Source: Octopus vulgaris
Taxonomy: Eukaryota
Reading direction: 5' to 3'
DNA: 64,000 nt
Assembly: GCA_951406725.2 (NCBI GenBank)
Contig: OX597816.1
Location: forward strand, 125,612,001-125,676,000
The position numbers and the translations under genes were made by a program. Shown piece after piece: positions 37,701-51,125 of the stretch (the first letter of the stretch is position 1; every line of letters begins with the position of its first letter). Under the pieces are notes generated by a model, which saw only the letters and a list, made by a program, of their open reading frames with translations, was not told the origin of the DNA and did not search any database.

Positions 37701-39646
37701 CGAATCAAATGTTCATGAAAATGAAAAATCTGCTGTAATACTTTTTAATGTAGGGTAGATTGTTAGGTAATGAATGTAAACTGAAAAAGGTGAAAAACTC
37801 TGGAAAAACCAGGCTACTATTTTTTATTACAGTGATTTACTTGCAGAAACTATATGGAATTTAATATGCATTTCAATATCATTTTTCATATAGTTGGTAC
37901 AAATAACGAACGAAACGGTTTATCTATATATTGATTTATGTATCTATCTATTTTTCTATACGTACGTATGCATACATGTAGGTACGTTTGTATGTATGTA
38001 TTATGTATGTATGTATGTATGTATGTATGTATGTATATGTGTTTGAATTCATGAATATAATTACATTATATTTATATATGTAAACATGCGTGTTTAAATG
38101 TATGTTTACATACATATACTCTGCTAAATGATCTTGAATTCCTTTCAAACACGCAACTCTGCATCCATCCGGACATCTTATGAGATGGAAGTGTTCCACA
38201 CTCCTATGAAACTTTAAGCTATGCGGATCTGCATCAAACTGATATCAAATACAAGTAACTCTAACTAAATATATTTAGTGCCACTTTCTTTTGTCTGTTG
38301 ACTTAATCGTGTACAAACATTATAGATTGATGCATACATGCATATGTACAGACAGATATACGTGCACGCACGCACATACACACAGATACACGCGCGTAAA
38401 TATCAAACGATGAGAATGAGTGTTCAACACTGCATTGCTGGACAGAATTTCTTGATTTGTGAGTTAAGGCTACCATTGGATTCATGTTAAGAAAAATAGG
38501 AAAATATCTTAATATCTTAGCAATCTTTCATGCCGATCACATGGTGGAATGATGTTTGCTTTCATTTTGGATAAACACAAAGTCTGGATAAACACACACT
38601 GTGTTTGTGTGTGTATTTGTAAGTGGGAATTTTCGTGTGTGTGTGTGTGTTGCTTTCCAGCTGGAAATCATACAGATCCTCAGTTAATTGTTGTGTATCG
38701 TTCCTGGCAGAAATTTGGCTACAGGTATTTGAGTTGTCTATATTGTGTGAATTGTCTGCCTGAATATGAAATGGTTTACTTTCAAAATGCGTCATCATAT
38801 CTTTTAGACTCATGAATTATACTTATATCATTCATGACTCGAATATTATTTACCAAGTTTTTTAAAGCTGATTATCAATAAAACATATAGTGATTATTTT
38901 TTAAGCATTCTGTTAAACATCATTAATAGAAGCTTTTGAAAGCAATAATATATTTGAAAAAAATTATCAGTTCTGTACAAAGAAAAATACTCTGAAAAGT
39001 CCTTTCATTAGCAATGGAAGAACAAGCGTCTATCATATGAAACGAATAATCTAAATATATCTGTTCGTGGAGATTTGCTTCTGCATACAGTATAATTATT
39101 TAGGCGTGCATAGAATTAACAATTATTTTCTTTTTGTTGAATTCTTAATTTTGATCAAGTTGAATATTACGAGTTCTTTATATTTCAGTGGTAATAGGTA
39201 TTTTTCTTGACAAAAGGAACTCGAAGAAAATTACAATAGAACTCAATTGACAGAAAATAGAACTGATTTCAGTTTTCAAATTAATATGAAATATATTTTT
39301 ATGACTGCTCACCATACATTAATATATCCGATTTGACTAATAGCTAAAATGAAATAATACACAGCTTGTAGGTAGTTCGATTATGGTGAAATTCCCGGTT
39401 CATGTGATGTTAAGTGTATTTGAGTGCCAAAATATTTGGGATGAAAGGGTTATTATACTGCACGATTATTTAGAAATGTGAAATTTTTATCGAAAGTATC
39501 ACGTTTTTCTAAGGATACTAAGAATTTCGGTCCAGGGAAAACTGTATGTTTTGGGATTGAAAACGCAGACTAACATATCATTGTCTGGCAACGGCAGCAT
39601 TACACACACACACACACACACGCACACACACACACACTCACACACA

Positions 39647-39726
<80 letters not shown>

Positions 39727-41539
39727 TCTTCAAATGGAGGTTTCCTTTGGTACAGCTTTATCATTGTCCGAAAATCTTGCAAGACATGAGGAGATCTGAT
39801 TTCTCCAAATCCTCGGACTGAATTACTGCTACTGGACCCTTCTCTGTCGACATTTTTTTTTTTTAATATTCGGAAAACTTGAAATTTACGAATTCGGTGG
39901 GTATGGAACATTATTGTTTATAAAATATTTCTCCTTGGTTTATTACACTGTCAATACATTACAGTTACATCCGACTTTAAACGTAGAATATCAGAAAATA
40001 TTGCTTTATTTATTAACCATTATGCTACTTTTTTTACTTTTTTGCTCCGAATAAAATCAATTTCCTGTATATAATTTCAGTAATACAATAACTGATGTTT
40101 CTCTATTATTAGCTAGGAACTCATTAAAATTCTGACAAAATAATTGTTTTAATTTCAGTTTTTAAACCATATGATAAATAGCAAAACGTCATACATCAAT
40201 AATAAATATTAAAATAAAATACTATTTTTAAATTTTATAACTTCCAATAATAAGAATTGTAAAAAGTGAAATGAATCGCTAGAAAGATGTTGCTGTGTGC
40301 TTAATGAATTGAAATGTTTACATTGTATCACGTGTTTACGTAAAGATCATGTCAATTCAAAGAAAAATATTACAAAGAATAATTGTACTTTTTTAATGTT
40401 AAGAAGAAATTGCTATAGAATACTTGGAATTAGACGCATTTTGGCTTTAGGAATTGATTAATTAATTTCATTTAATGCTAATAATTATTCAATTACAGAG
40501 AGTAAGAGTTACTACTCGAATATCTAGTGCATTAAAATTTATTTCAAACTCTATTATCTTCTGAACTAAGGGCATACCTTCTATCGTATAGTCATTCGAA
40601 AAATATGGGAACAGTTTTCAGAATTGAGAAACAAAAAAACAAAAATTAAAATGCAATATTATTCACTAAAAACGAAATTAAAGTTTGTAAATGCTGGTCT
40701 GGATTCAATCTCTTGTTTATTTATTATTCTGAGCATTTTAACCTTGCTGTTCTTAATTTATACTCAATTCTATGATTTAATTGTCAATGATTCACTGAAA
40801 TGTTATACCTCACACTCAAGTATTTCTCATTCCTCTTTCTCTTTGAACTGACTTTGACAAAAGGACTGTTTGATTATTCTAATAGCAATCGAACTTCCAC
40901 GCAAAACACGCGAAAGGGCAATTTCACTGGTATTCGGTGCTCACTCAAATTTTCATCTCAAAATAAATTTTATCATAATTTATGAAATTCTATTCTTGTC
41001 CTTTTGACGAATCATTTTGTTTTTGAAACGATAATTGTTAAATTAGCCATATTTCTGTAATATATTTACCATCAGTTATACATCATTGTCCAACGCACAG
41101 TAATAATTTCTAAAAATATAGTGTTTTGTTTGAATGCAAAATACAAAGTAATTTATGATATAATGAATCGTATATGGAATTATGATATTGCTGTTTTAAA
41201 CACATAACATTGCCTCTAAAAGTATTAAATATTATGAACATATAAATCGTGTACATGTACATAGTTTGCAAATCTATACATTCAATCGCCGAATCAATAG
41301 ACAGTATTATGAAAAAAATATATTAAAGAAATAAAATGTATAGTCTTCTGAAGGTTTTTACAGATATTTTGAAGAAACTAATACAGTAAATACATCTCCA
41401 GATCAAATGTAGAATGTTTGCTCACCAAATACCAAGTGACAGAAATCATGACAGAGAACCTTAATAAACACCCCCCCAAAAAATAAAGCCACTGGCGATA
41501 ACTGCAAACTAATTTTTAAAATGCCTACTTATGGTGTGC

Positions 41540-42600
41540 ACATGTGAAATGCCATTGCATTGCCTACATGGTAATTTGTACAAACAAATGAATGAGAAGG
41601 CCAGCTGTTTCCTCTTAAGACTTATGTGGTATTTTTTATCCACAACAGAGGACAGAATAAGGACAAGACATAAAGACATTATATACAGCAGATAAATTGA
41701 TGATATGCAATTTGTAATAGATAAATTAAAGAAAGTTGAGAAACTAAACAATTTAGAAAACAACTCGATACTAAAATTTAGCATCCAGAATAAAACGAAT
41801 GAGACCCGTTTTTAATCATAAGCGTACAGATCGAGAATAAGATGCATTTCAGTGGTATATATATCAAAGACTCACAAAAATGCATATACCTACCTGGAGA
41901 CTGTGAATGTCCATACAACAATAAGTCAGCAGTAAAAATCACACTTTACGAAAGCATTTATATTCTCGTTCACATACAAGGCGCGACAACATGAAATCCA
42001 TAGAATAAAGCAAAATTTAATTAACAACCGATATACCAACAAACTAGTTGAGCGAGCTACAGGGAATACGGACGCAAATATAATACGACAACTACATCAA
42101 AGGATACGCCCCATAAAAATACACAAGCCACACATGAAATATATGTGTGAAATGCACTAAAATTATCAAACACACGATTACATAATCAAAGCTGCATAAC
42201 AGGGAATACAAATTGCATCATACCCGATCATAAACTTAAATGAATAATGTATTACAAAAGCACCGAAATCAAGACCTTTTAAGAATAGCATGCCCCAAGC
42301 GTGTAAATCCGAGAACAAGCTACGGATAACCGATGTAATTCATAATTTGACAGAAACTGAAACACTTCAGGACTAGCTATTATTTTGGACAGACCAGGAG
42401 AACACTTTCTCGTAGGTTCACCAAGTATTTAAAACAAGATGCTATCGTAAATCATTATACAGCGCTTCATAAAGTAAAATTATATCGACAAATACTTGAG
42501 GGTAATACTTACATACCCTATAAAATTCTTCACAAAATACAAGATTAATAAAAGAAACCATACTCATATCTCAATACAATGTTTAAAATACACATGCTAT
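41540..42600 (+). pseudogene. Highly decayed Penelope-like RT/GIY-YIG remnant
   Basis: Remnant motifs YKQ, R*IDD, ENNSILKF and GQTRRTLSRRF in the expected order, with many stops and frameshifts. Confidence 0.5.
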
Positions 42601-42924
42601 GCAAGCAGCACGCACAGAAGCAATTTAACACGTGGTTGCTGACAGGAAAACCTTCTGATGGTCACTTGTTTACCACTACATATAAATTAACACGTCACTA
42701 TTGACGTGTGAGTCTAACTGTCGAAAAAGTACTGTGTCGCGAAAGTTTACATGAATTTATTTAGTACACTAGAAACGATTCTTGCAAGTTATTCAATGAA
42801 GGTGTGGAAACGTTGAATATGAATTTAAAAACTTCATCGTTCCAGACTAACTATAAATGACTATAAAAAGAGGAAATAGTTAAAATAAAAAGATAAATAC
42901 GCATACGTATGTATGTGTATATAC

Positions 42925-42957
<33 letters not shown>

Positions 42958-45744
42958 CATGCACCCTAGGTAGGTAGGTAGGTAGATAGGTAGGTAGGTA
43001 GGTAGGTAGGTAGACAGTATGTAGGTACTATGTATGTGTGTGCGTGGGTGTGTGCGTTTGGAAGTAATTATGAACGAAATTAGAATATTAGATGATAATA
43101 GTAAGATTTCCTCAGTGGCAAAGACCCTTTTTTGTGGAGGACAATCATTGATTCACTTCGTACTGTCTAAATAATATTCATATTTTTACCAAGTCTTGCA
43201 AGGTGTATCAAGATTTCTTAGCCTCACTAAGTATAAAGCAGAAACTTGTCAGGTAATTTATTTTCCTCGCTTAGATTTATCATGTAATAGACCATACACG
43301 GTATTTATTTTTCACCTGGTAATTTTCACAGTGAAGCCATGGAGCTGATTAGCTTTAATTTTATTTCGATTTGATTTGATAATTATTTCCAGTTGCTTCA
43401 AATATTTATAAATAAATTGTAACACTATAATGTCAATGAATACTGCGCAGTTAAAGATATTTAATTATGCTCTGAACGAATATTTCGCACCATCATTAAT
43501 TACAGTACAGATGTGTTACATTCTCTCCTCGATTTCAGTATACTCCCTATAAGTAATCTATCTGATTTTGGTTTTGAAGAAAAGGAATCAAATTAATTAT
43601 AGAAAAATCTCACCTAGTTTATATACATTTGTATTTATTTTAATAAGTGTTTTCTTTTTTAAATAAATGTTCGCTTTTTTTAATAACTTGTTACATATTT
43701 AACAAAACAATCTTTAAATATGTGCTCTAGATTATGGTTTAATATTTCGTGAAATATATAGTTTCACATCAAAAGTTCGAATTATATCAGTAATAATTAT
43801 GTTTTAATGTTCAAATAAAATAGTTTTTGTTGGCAGACACAAACGATTACATAATCTTTAAATTAATAAGTTTGAAAAATAGATTTCTCTCGGCGGAAAT
43901 TCTTATTTTGATATAGATATCTAGTGAGAGAATATGAACGCAATATTATTCTACAAATGCTAGATGTCTATATACAGAATGTTTCTTTATGAGCTCCTGA
44001 GAAACTGCAGTGATAATTATCTTGGTTTTCATAGTTTTAAGCAATGAGTGATAGAGTTCAAAATGCAAAAATATTATTAGTCAAGTTTCAAATGAACCCA
44101 CTGCATATTTAGTGAGCAATTGTACTAACCACACATACATCATAGATGCAATAGTAATGTAATGTATGAATTCTCGACAGGTTTTCATGATTCCTGGTAA
44201 AAATGGATCTTCCATAAATGCTTTATAACCAGACTTATATTAATATTCACGACAGTCTTCTTGAATACATGTAATACAAATATGCTATATTTTCATATTT
44301 CCATGAATGCACAATAAAGTAAATATTACTTTACCCGAAGGAAACATTTTTCATCAATAAGCTTAGGAGAACATTGCTATTTTCTTTTTAATATATGTAA
44401 TGCATTCAATGAAATCATACGTTTTATTAAAACATCCTGAAAACAATATTTGGATTGAAGAATTACAATTATATTATCCCTATGTATGTTGTTCGGAGTA
44501 GTTTACTATAAGTGTGTCAATGAGCTTCAAGCAGGCAACACTTTGTAGGATATGAATAAATTTATTAAATTAAAATATCGGCAATCAAGATTTAAGCCAT
44601 GAAATTCAACTTATATAACTCTACAACTTCCAAATATTCTTTTTAACAGTACATGTACACCTGCAAAAATATCAGTTATATTGCCGTATTGCAGAGTGAA
44701 TAAGATTAAATCAATTCACTATTATATATTTTTTCAGTTGTACACCAACAAAGGCTTAGGTTACCTTCTTTTGAGAATTACACGCTGAATAAAATATTCT
44801 TTTAAGACCATTCTAGTAAAAACTACAAATATGTATTTATGTGTGCGTGTGTATGTATGTATGTATGTATGTATGTATGTATGTGCGTGTGTATGTATGT
44901 TTAGCCCTAGTGTTTCTACTTCATTACAGCAAAGTTAGTACTAAGTATGATTGTCAAGATTTTACAGAAATCGAGGAGTCCGAAAAAGTACGTTCTGTTT
45001 CGACCAAAGAAATGTTAGGAACTAAATTAACAATAAAATAAAGGAGTGGATTTGGTGGTGGAGTTGATAACATCAATGGAGAAGAAGTGGTCTGAAAAGT
45101 GGTAACGATGATGTGGTGTTAATGAAAGTAGTGTAAATGAACGATAGGGTAGTAAATAGTCTTTTAATGTCATTATGGCCCCAGGTTGATAGTGGGTGAT
45201 GGAGACCAGGTTATCACAGAGTTGCAACTGACAACACATGCATACATTCATACATATGTCGTTACATACACACGTATAAGGATCATACATGTGCACACAT
45301 TATCACATTCGCAGTATATACACATAGCAATGCAAGCACACACACACACACACGCATGTGATGCAAAACATACAAACATGGATACTTACGAACATATTCG
45401 TACATAAGCATATGTCAGGACATGCAGTACAAAAAGCAGACAGCTATGCAAACATGAATAGATGCACCTATAAACAAGATGCCAGCACACATATAATATT
45501 AACCACACACACATTTACGCGCGCTTGCATGCTCCCAGACACATGTGCACCCGCATGCACATGGAAACGAGGTTACACACAGGCTCGATATATACTTACG
45601 TTCCTTCAAGGATAATTCATACATACACACACCGAAGCTATGTGTGCATATTAATATGCAAACAAAAAAACGTTTACACACATATCAGTAAGGTACACAC
45701 TAACGAAAACATACGTAAGCATAAAGATGCTTATACATACATAC

Positions 45745-45777
<33 letters not shown>

Positions 45778-46193
45778 TGTATGTATGTATGTATGTATGT
45801 ATGTATGTATGTACGTATGTATGTATGTATGTATTATGTATGTATGTATGTATGTATATATAGTGAACTGTTTCGTGATAGTAAGATCCATAAAAAAGTA
45901 CTCCATCTCGTGAGATATAATTATGTAATAAACACAATATATGTTTTTATGCGCTACTATTAGGTTCACGTGCTGAGAACATGCCAGACTACTTTTTAAC
46001 ACGTCTAGTGTTCTAGTACATTCGTCAGGCATACAAGCATATATTCTGCTATAAAATAACACATATATACATATATATATACTGTAAATTTCCAGTGAAT
46101 ACTTGATAAGTGTAAGCACCTCTATATGCTAGATAGTAGCAAAGGTGAGAGAATATATCAAATATAAATGAAAAACAGAACACAAAGCTTATC

Positions 46194-46284
46194 GCGGTAC
46201 ACGTGTTTCAAGCTTTATAAACGATCCGTTAGTACATCAGTGTATTATTGATATAAAAGATGGTTTAAAGCTCTCTTCAGCCGC
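46194..46284 (-). ncRNA. Canonical type I hammerhead ribozyme with extended stem II
   Basis: Minus strand: gcgg CTGAAGA gagcttta aaccatc...gatcgttta taaagctt GAAAC acgt GTA ccgc. All core nucleotides match consensus. Confidence 0.85.
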
Positions 46285-46940
46285 AAACATTGTTAGTCCA
46301 AAGATTACATCACAATATAAGAAGTACATGTAGTATTACCCATTATAATAGGTTTATCATATCTCCTTGAAAAAGCATATTTGTATAACTGTATAAATGT
46401 ATAAATGTATAAAGATTTATTGGATTTCAAAAATCTGACCATACTATACCACCATTCAGCATAGAGTGAATGTTAAATAGATTGGATTGAATTTATATTT
46501 AATTAGGTTGTATAAGATAGAAAGATAGAAAGAAAAAATAAAAGTTAAAAAATAAAATAAGAAGTAAAAATTAAAAGTAATAGAAGCAAAAGACAAGAGT
46601 AATAAAAGCCAAAATAATAAAAGTAAAAATAAGGATAATAAAATTAGATACACATATAAATAAGATTTAGCAAAATTGGAATAAAGTAACAAAAGAAATA
46701 AAAACATAAAGTAGAGTAAGCGATAAAGAGATAAGATACTAAAGAGCTGAGAATAGGATTTTGGCTTTGATGAGATGGTAGGGGTCATAAATAATTTCTT
46801 ATTTTGACCACTCATATATATATATATATATTACAGGAAATAGAAAAATGCAATTTACATATCAAAAAATTATTTGCATTATAATATAACACAATTATAC
46901 GATAAAAACATAATATAACAAATAATTAAAACAGAAATAA

Positions 46941-47395
46941 ATCTTTAGAATAATATTATTGGAGATGCATAACAACATTTTATGGCCGTTGTAGCTTTTC
47001 TTCACTTAATTTTGTTTGTATTTGGGTTTTGTTTTTGTTTTTATTATATTTATTATATTTTTGAATTATTAACACTCACGCTTGTAAACATAGATGTATT
47101 CTAAACCAGCCTCTTTTATGATTTAGCAGTCCTTGAATGGACATTTTGTGTGTTTTTTCAACAAATATTACCCTGAGGGGTCCCATTTGCATAAATGTGA
47201 ATATTTATACATTCACTGGTGGATATGAGTCGAAATTGGTTTTATATTTGTTTTAATTATTTGTTATATTATATTATATTATATTATATCATATTATATT
47301 ATATTATATTATATTATATTATATTATATCTTTTTATAGTATAATACTATTATATTATAATGTAAATAAATTTTTAACATGTCAATTGTATAATC
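46941..47395. repeat. AT-rich dispersed repeat, copy 1 (copy 2 at 52281-52685)
   Basis: Collinear similarity from atctttaga.taatattattggagatgcataa to ataatgtaaataaattt.taa.atgtcaatt. Confidence 0.8.
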
Positions 47396-47535
47396 TCTAT
47401 TCAAAATTTAAGAACAAAAATAAATTTAATGACAGACGTGAACGTGTGTGTGTGAATCTGCATATATATATATATATATAAATATATATATATATTTATA
47501 TTTATATTTAGGTGAATATATGTATGTGTGTATAT

Positions 47536-47570
<35 letters not shown>

Positions 47571-48302
47571 CAGTGGCGGATCTACAATATTGGGGCCCTG
47601 AAGCATAAAATGTTATGGGGGGCACTTTTCAACCAGCAACAGTAGGGTAACATCCAACAATGGCCAAAGAATTTTCGTGCCCTTGCAAGGAACTCCAACT
47701 TCAGGCCCTGATAGCCTAAATGAGTCTTAAAAATGAGTCTGAACGTGAGCCCTCTATCCACCAGAAACGAGGTCTGGGTAATCACCGATATCTTTACCGA
47801 TGTCGGTGTTCCATGGCAGATCATTACAGATATGTTCCAGGTTATGCCTTATAGTTTTAGAGTTATGGGGGTTGAAAATTCACCACCATCTTCTCCTTCT
47901 CCTTCTTCTTCTTCTTCTTCTTCTTCATCATCATCATCATCAACATCGCCATCTTCTTTTTCTTCTACTTCTCCACCTTCCACCCCTTAACCTTGTCACT
48001 AATGTCTTTCAGTATAACGCCTACGCAAATTCCATAAACAATTCCTGAATTGAACTGCGACTACTGTCAGCCACTGACCATTCAAAATACGACCATTAAG
48101 GCATTCCCAGATTTCCCCACCCCCTCTCCACATCAGCCTCATTATTCTTCACCTATCCTACCAAGAACTCAAAACGACCTCGAACACACAAGTGCAAACA
48201 AGGGAGTCAGAGAAAGGCAGAATGCTACTTATATCTGAACACTACTACAGAAATATTCTTTTAAAAAAACTTTTCTTCTAATTTTTCTAAATTTAATTAT
48301 TT

Positions 48303-48355
48303 AATCGTTACAGTTGAAAAGGTCTCAAAATGACCGAAACCGGTACTGAAAGATT
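48303..48355 (+). ncRNA. Type I hammerhead ribozyme (U3-A8)
   Basis: aatc.tt.cag TTGAAAA ggtc tcaaaat gacc GAAAC cg GTA ctg aa.gatt. Confidence 0.8.
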
Positions 48356-48435
48356 CACTATAAAATCATCTTAGCATTTTCTATTTTTGACTTGTTTTTT
48401 CATATATATCAACTCGTGTGTTCCTTTCCACCCTT

Positions 48436-48467
<32 letters not shown>

Positions 48468-48468
<1 letters not shown>

Positions 48469-48861
48469 CTCTTTTACTTGTTTCAGTCATTTGACTGCGG
48501 CCATGCTGGCGCACCGCCTTTAATCGAGCAACTCGACCCCGGGACTTATTCTTTGTAAGCCCAGTACTTATTATATCGGTCTCTTTTGCCGAACCGCTAA
48601 GTGACGGGGACATAAACACACCAGCATCGGTTGTCAAGCAATGCTAGAGGGACAAACACAGACACACAAACACACACACACATACACATATATATATACA
48701 TATATACGACGGGCTTCTTTCAGTTTCCGTGTACCAAATCCACTCACAAAGCTTTTGTCGGCCCGAGGCTATAGTAGAAGACACTTGCCCAAGGTGCCAC
48801 GCAGTGGGACTGAACCCAGAACCATGTGGTTGATAAACAAGCTACTTACCACACAGCCACT
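48468..48861 (-). mobile_element. tRNA-derived SINE, near full length
   Basis: Reverse complement of 3873-4280 at high identity. Confidence 0.88.
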
Positions 48862-49464
48862 ATTATATATATATGTTACTGAAAGTTCAAAATTAGGAGG
48901 TAAACCCTTTCATTGGTCATTAAGTAATGGTGTGAAAATAAGAATTCTTATCTCTACCATGCTGATGTAGTAGTAGACAAATTTATTGATGGAAGGTGTA
49001 GCGCTGAAGTTTCCAAAATAATTCAAGTAAAGTGAATTATCTGCGAGTCATTTGTACTTTTACTTTTTATGCTACTCCACACCGGCAGAAACAACAGGTG
49101 AACAATTCGTGGCTAGACACTGTGTGTCTAGACTCTGCGCAGTAGTATGATATGACGTCCACTAAGTCTGGTAACAGCAATCTGCAAGGCAAAATACAAA
49201 AACAAACAAACGATAGAATAAACAAATTAAATTGCTTCAGGGGGTCCCCTCCGGGATTAGGGGCCCTAAAGCTTAAGCTTCATTAGTTTTGTTGTAGATC
49301 CACCAGTATATATATATATATATATATTTAAAGGGCTAAAAACCACTAAGTGGTCAGCCATGTATTAGAATTCTCTCTCAATTTTCAGATTTTTGTATGC
49401 TAGGCTACTGGTTTTAAATTGATATTAATTAAATTGATATTCAATTTATCTCCCTCATTATTTA

Positions 49465-49541
<77 letters not shown>

Positions 49542-49793
49542 TATATATAAATACATATGTGCTTGTGTGTTGTTACTCAGCAAATTGAAAAAATTATATG
49601 GTATATATATATATATATATATATGTAGGTATTTGCGTATTTATTTATGTGTTACTTATGTAGATGTCTGTATTTATATACATATAAGCCTGTATGTATA
49701 TATATGTATGTATGTATATCTATGTAGGCATATATATGTATGATATATCTGCACATGTGTATATGTGTGTCTCTCTCTCTATATATATATATA

Positions 49794-49850
<57 letters not shown>

Positions 49851-49861
49851 TGAGAGAGAGA

Positions 49862-50532
49862 TAACTAAAAATAAGGGTATCTGAGAGACACCACCATGCC
49901 GAAATACCAGTTAAATCCCTGACTCTAAGAACCACCTTAAATGTTCATATCGCACCATGAGATAAGACAGGGGGATAAAATAGACTAGCTAAAAAAATAT
50001 TACTGAATAATTCAAGATCCTGGATTTCTAGCTTTGCTTCGAATAAGCTCTGCCTTCATCAGTTGAATATATCAGATGGGCACATAAATACAAATATATA
50101 TATACAGAACAAACGTTATACTTACATATACGATCGTCCATACATACATATATGTGCACGTATGTACAAGGCCAGTTCAAATTGCCCGCCAACCACCTCA
50201 TAAGCACGATATGGTAAAAATAAACACTGCAGTGAATATAATGACGAATAATATAAATTTATAAATAAGGATAATATCGATATTTGAATATCGGTATTAT
50301 CAAGTGGCCAGCATGGGAATAAATACCATGCAAAGGTAATAATGTTTTACAACTAAAAATGAGAGTGTCAGATAAGGGATTTGACTGCTATTTTGGCATG
50401 GTGGTGTCTCTTAGACACCCTTACTTTTAGTTGTAAAAAATTATTACCTTTTTATGGTATTTATTCCCATGCTGGCCACTTGATAATACCGATATTTAAA
50501 TATCGATATTATCCTTATTTATAAATTTATAT
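49862..50532 (-). mobile_element. PLE-type non-coding element: direct repeat plus ~280-bp fold-back
   Basis: 50251-50368 pairs with 50414-50532, and 49862-49921 is an inverted copy of 50374-50433. HHR inside. Confidence 0.65.
50010..50068 (-). ncRNA. Type I hammerhead ribozyme
   Basis: Minus strand: attcaa CTGATGA a ggc aga gctt attcg aagc aaa gct a GAA ATCC A GGAT C ttgaat. 6-bp stem I, AUC site. Confidence 0.75.
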
Positions 50533-50555
50533 ATATATATATATATATATAAAGC

Positions 50556-51125
50556 AAATTTGGAAGATACCACACGAGTGAAAATTCACAGGAAAGAGGA
50601 ATTGAAAATGCAGAGGACTTTTAAAGATATTTATAGACTTGACCGGTTTCACTTTTTTAAAATTAGATTTTCAAAAGTAAAGTGCAATGCTTTGTGTGTA
50701 GCTTTTGTAGTGTAAAAATTTAGTTAATATAGATATATTAAAATACAGTGACAGAGTCTTTGACAATGATAAGAAAATGCTAAGAAAGGCAATGTGTTAA
50801 AACAGCTTACATAAAAGTATTCAAAATAGGAAGTAAAATAAGTTCTTATATATGTGTGTGTATGTGTGTGTGTGAATTTGTAAACATGTTAAAATAAATA
50901 AATGGATAAATAAATTAATGAAAGTTTGAATAAATAAATTGATACTAATTTTTACTAATTTTTTTAAATTAAAAATTGATAGGTGTAATATGTTGTAAAA
51001 TTTTGAAATAATGCAACAGGACGTGCTCGAAATATTTTTTCCTTGTTTAAACATCTTTAAAAGTCCTCTGAATTTTCAAATCCTCTTTCCTGTGTATTTT
51101 CACTCGTGTGGTATCTTCCAAATTT
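50556..51125 (-). mobile_element. Element bounded by ~73-bp imperfect inverted repeats, HHR just inside the left arm
   Basis: 50556-50628 is the reverse complement of 51053-51125. Confidence 0.65.
50637..50678 (-). ncRNA. Minimal hammerhead motif (U3-A8)
   Basis: Minus strand: actt TTGAAAA t ct aattttaaaaa ag t GAAAC cg GTC aagt. Confidence 0.65.

Larger units (their letters stand above)
47571..49306. mobile_element. Probable non-autonomous hAT-type DNA transposon shell with nested insertions
   Basis: Imperfect TIRs cagtggcggatctacaa / ttgtagatccaccag, ggggccct subterminal motifs at both ends, (TA)n flanks. Confidence 0.55.

Noticed and set aside
42791-42818. attc..gaaacgttgaat motif downstream of the PLE remnant
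   Set aside because: The position is suggestive, but the core is heavily mutated and not supportable alone.
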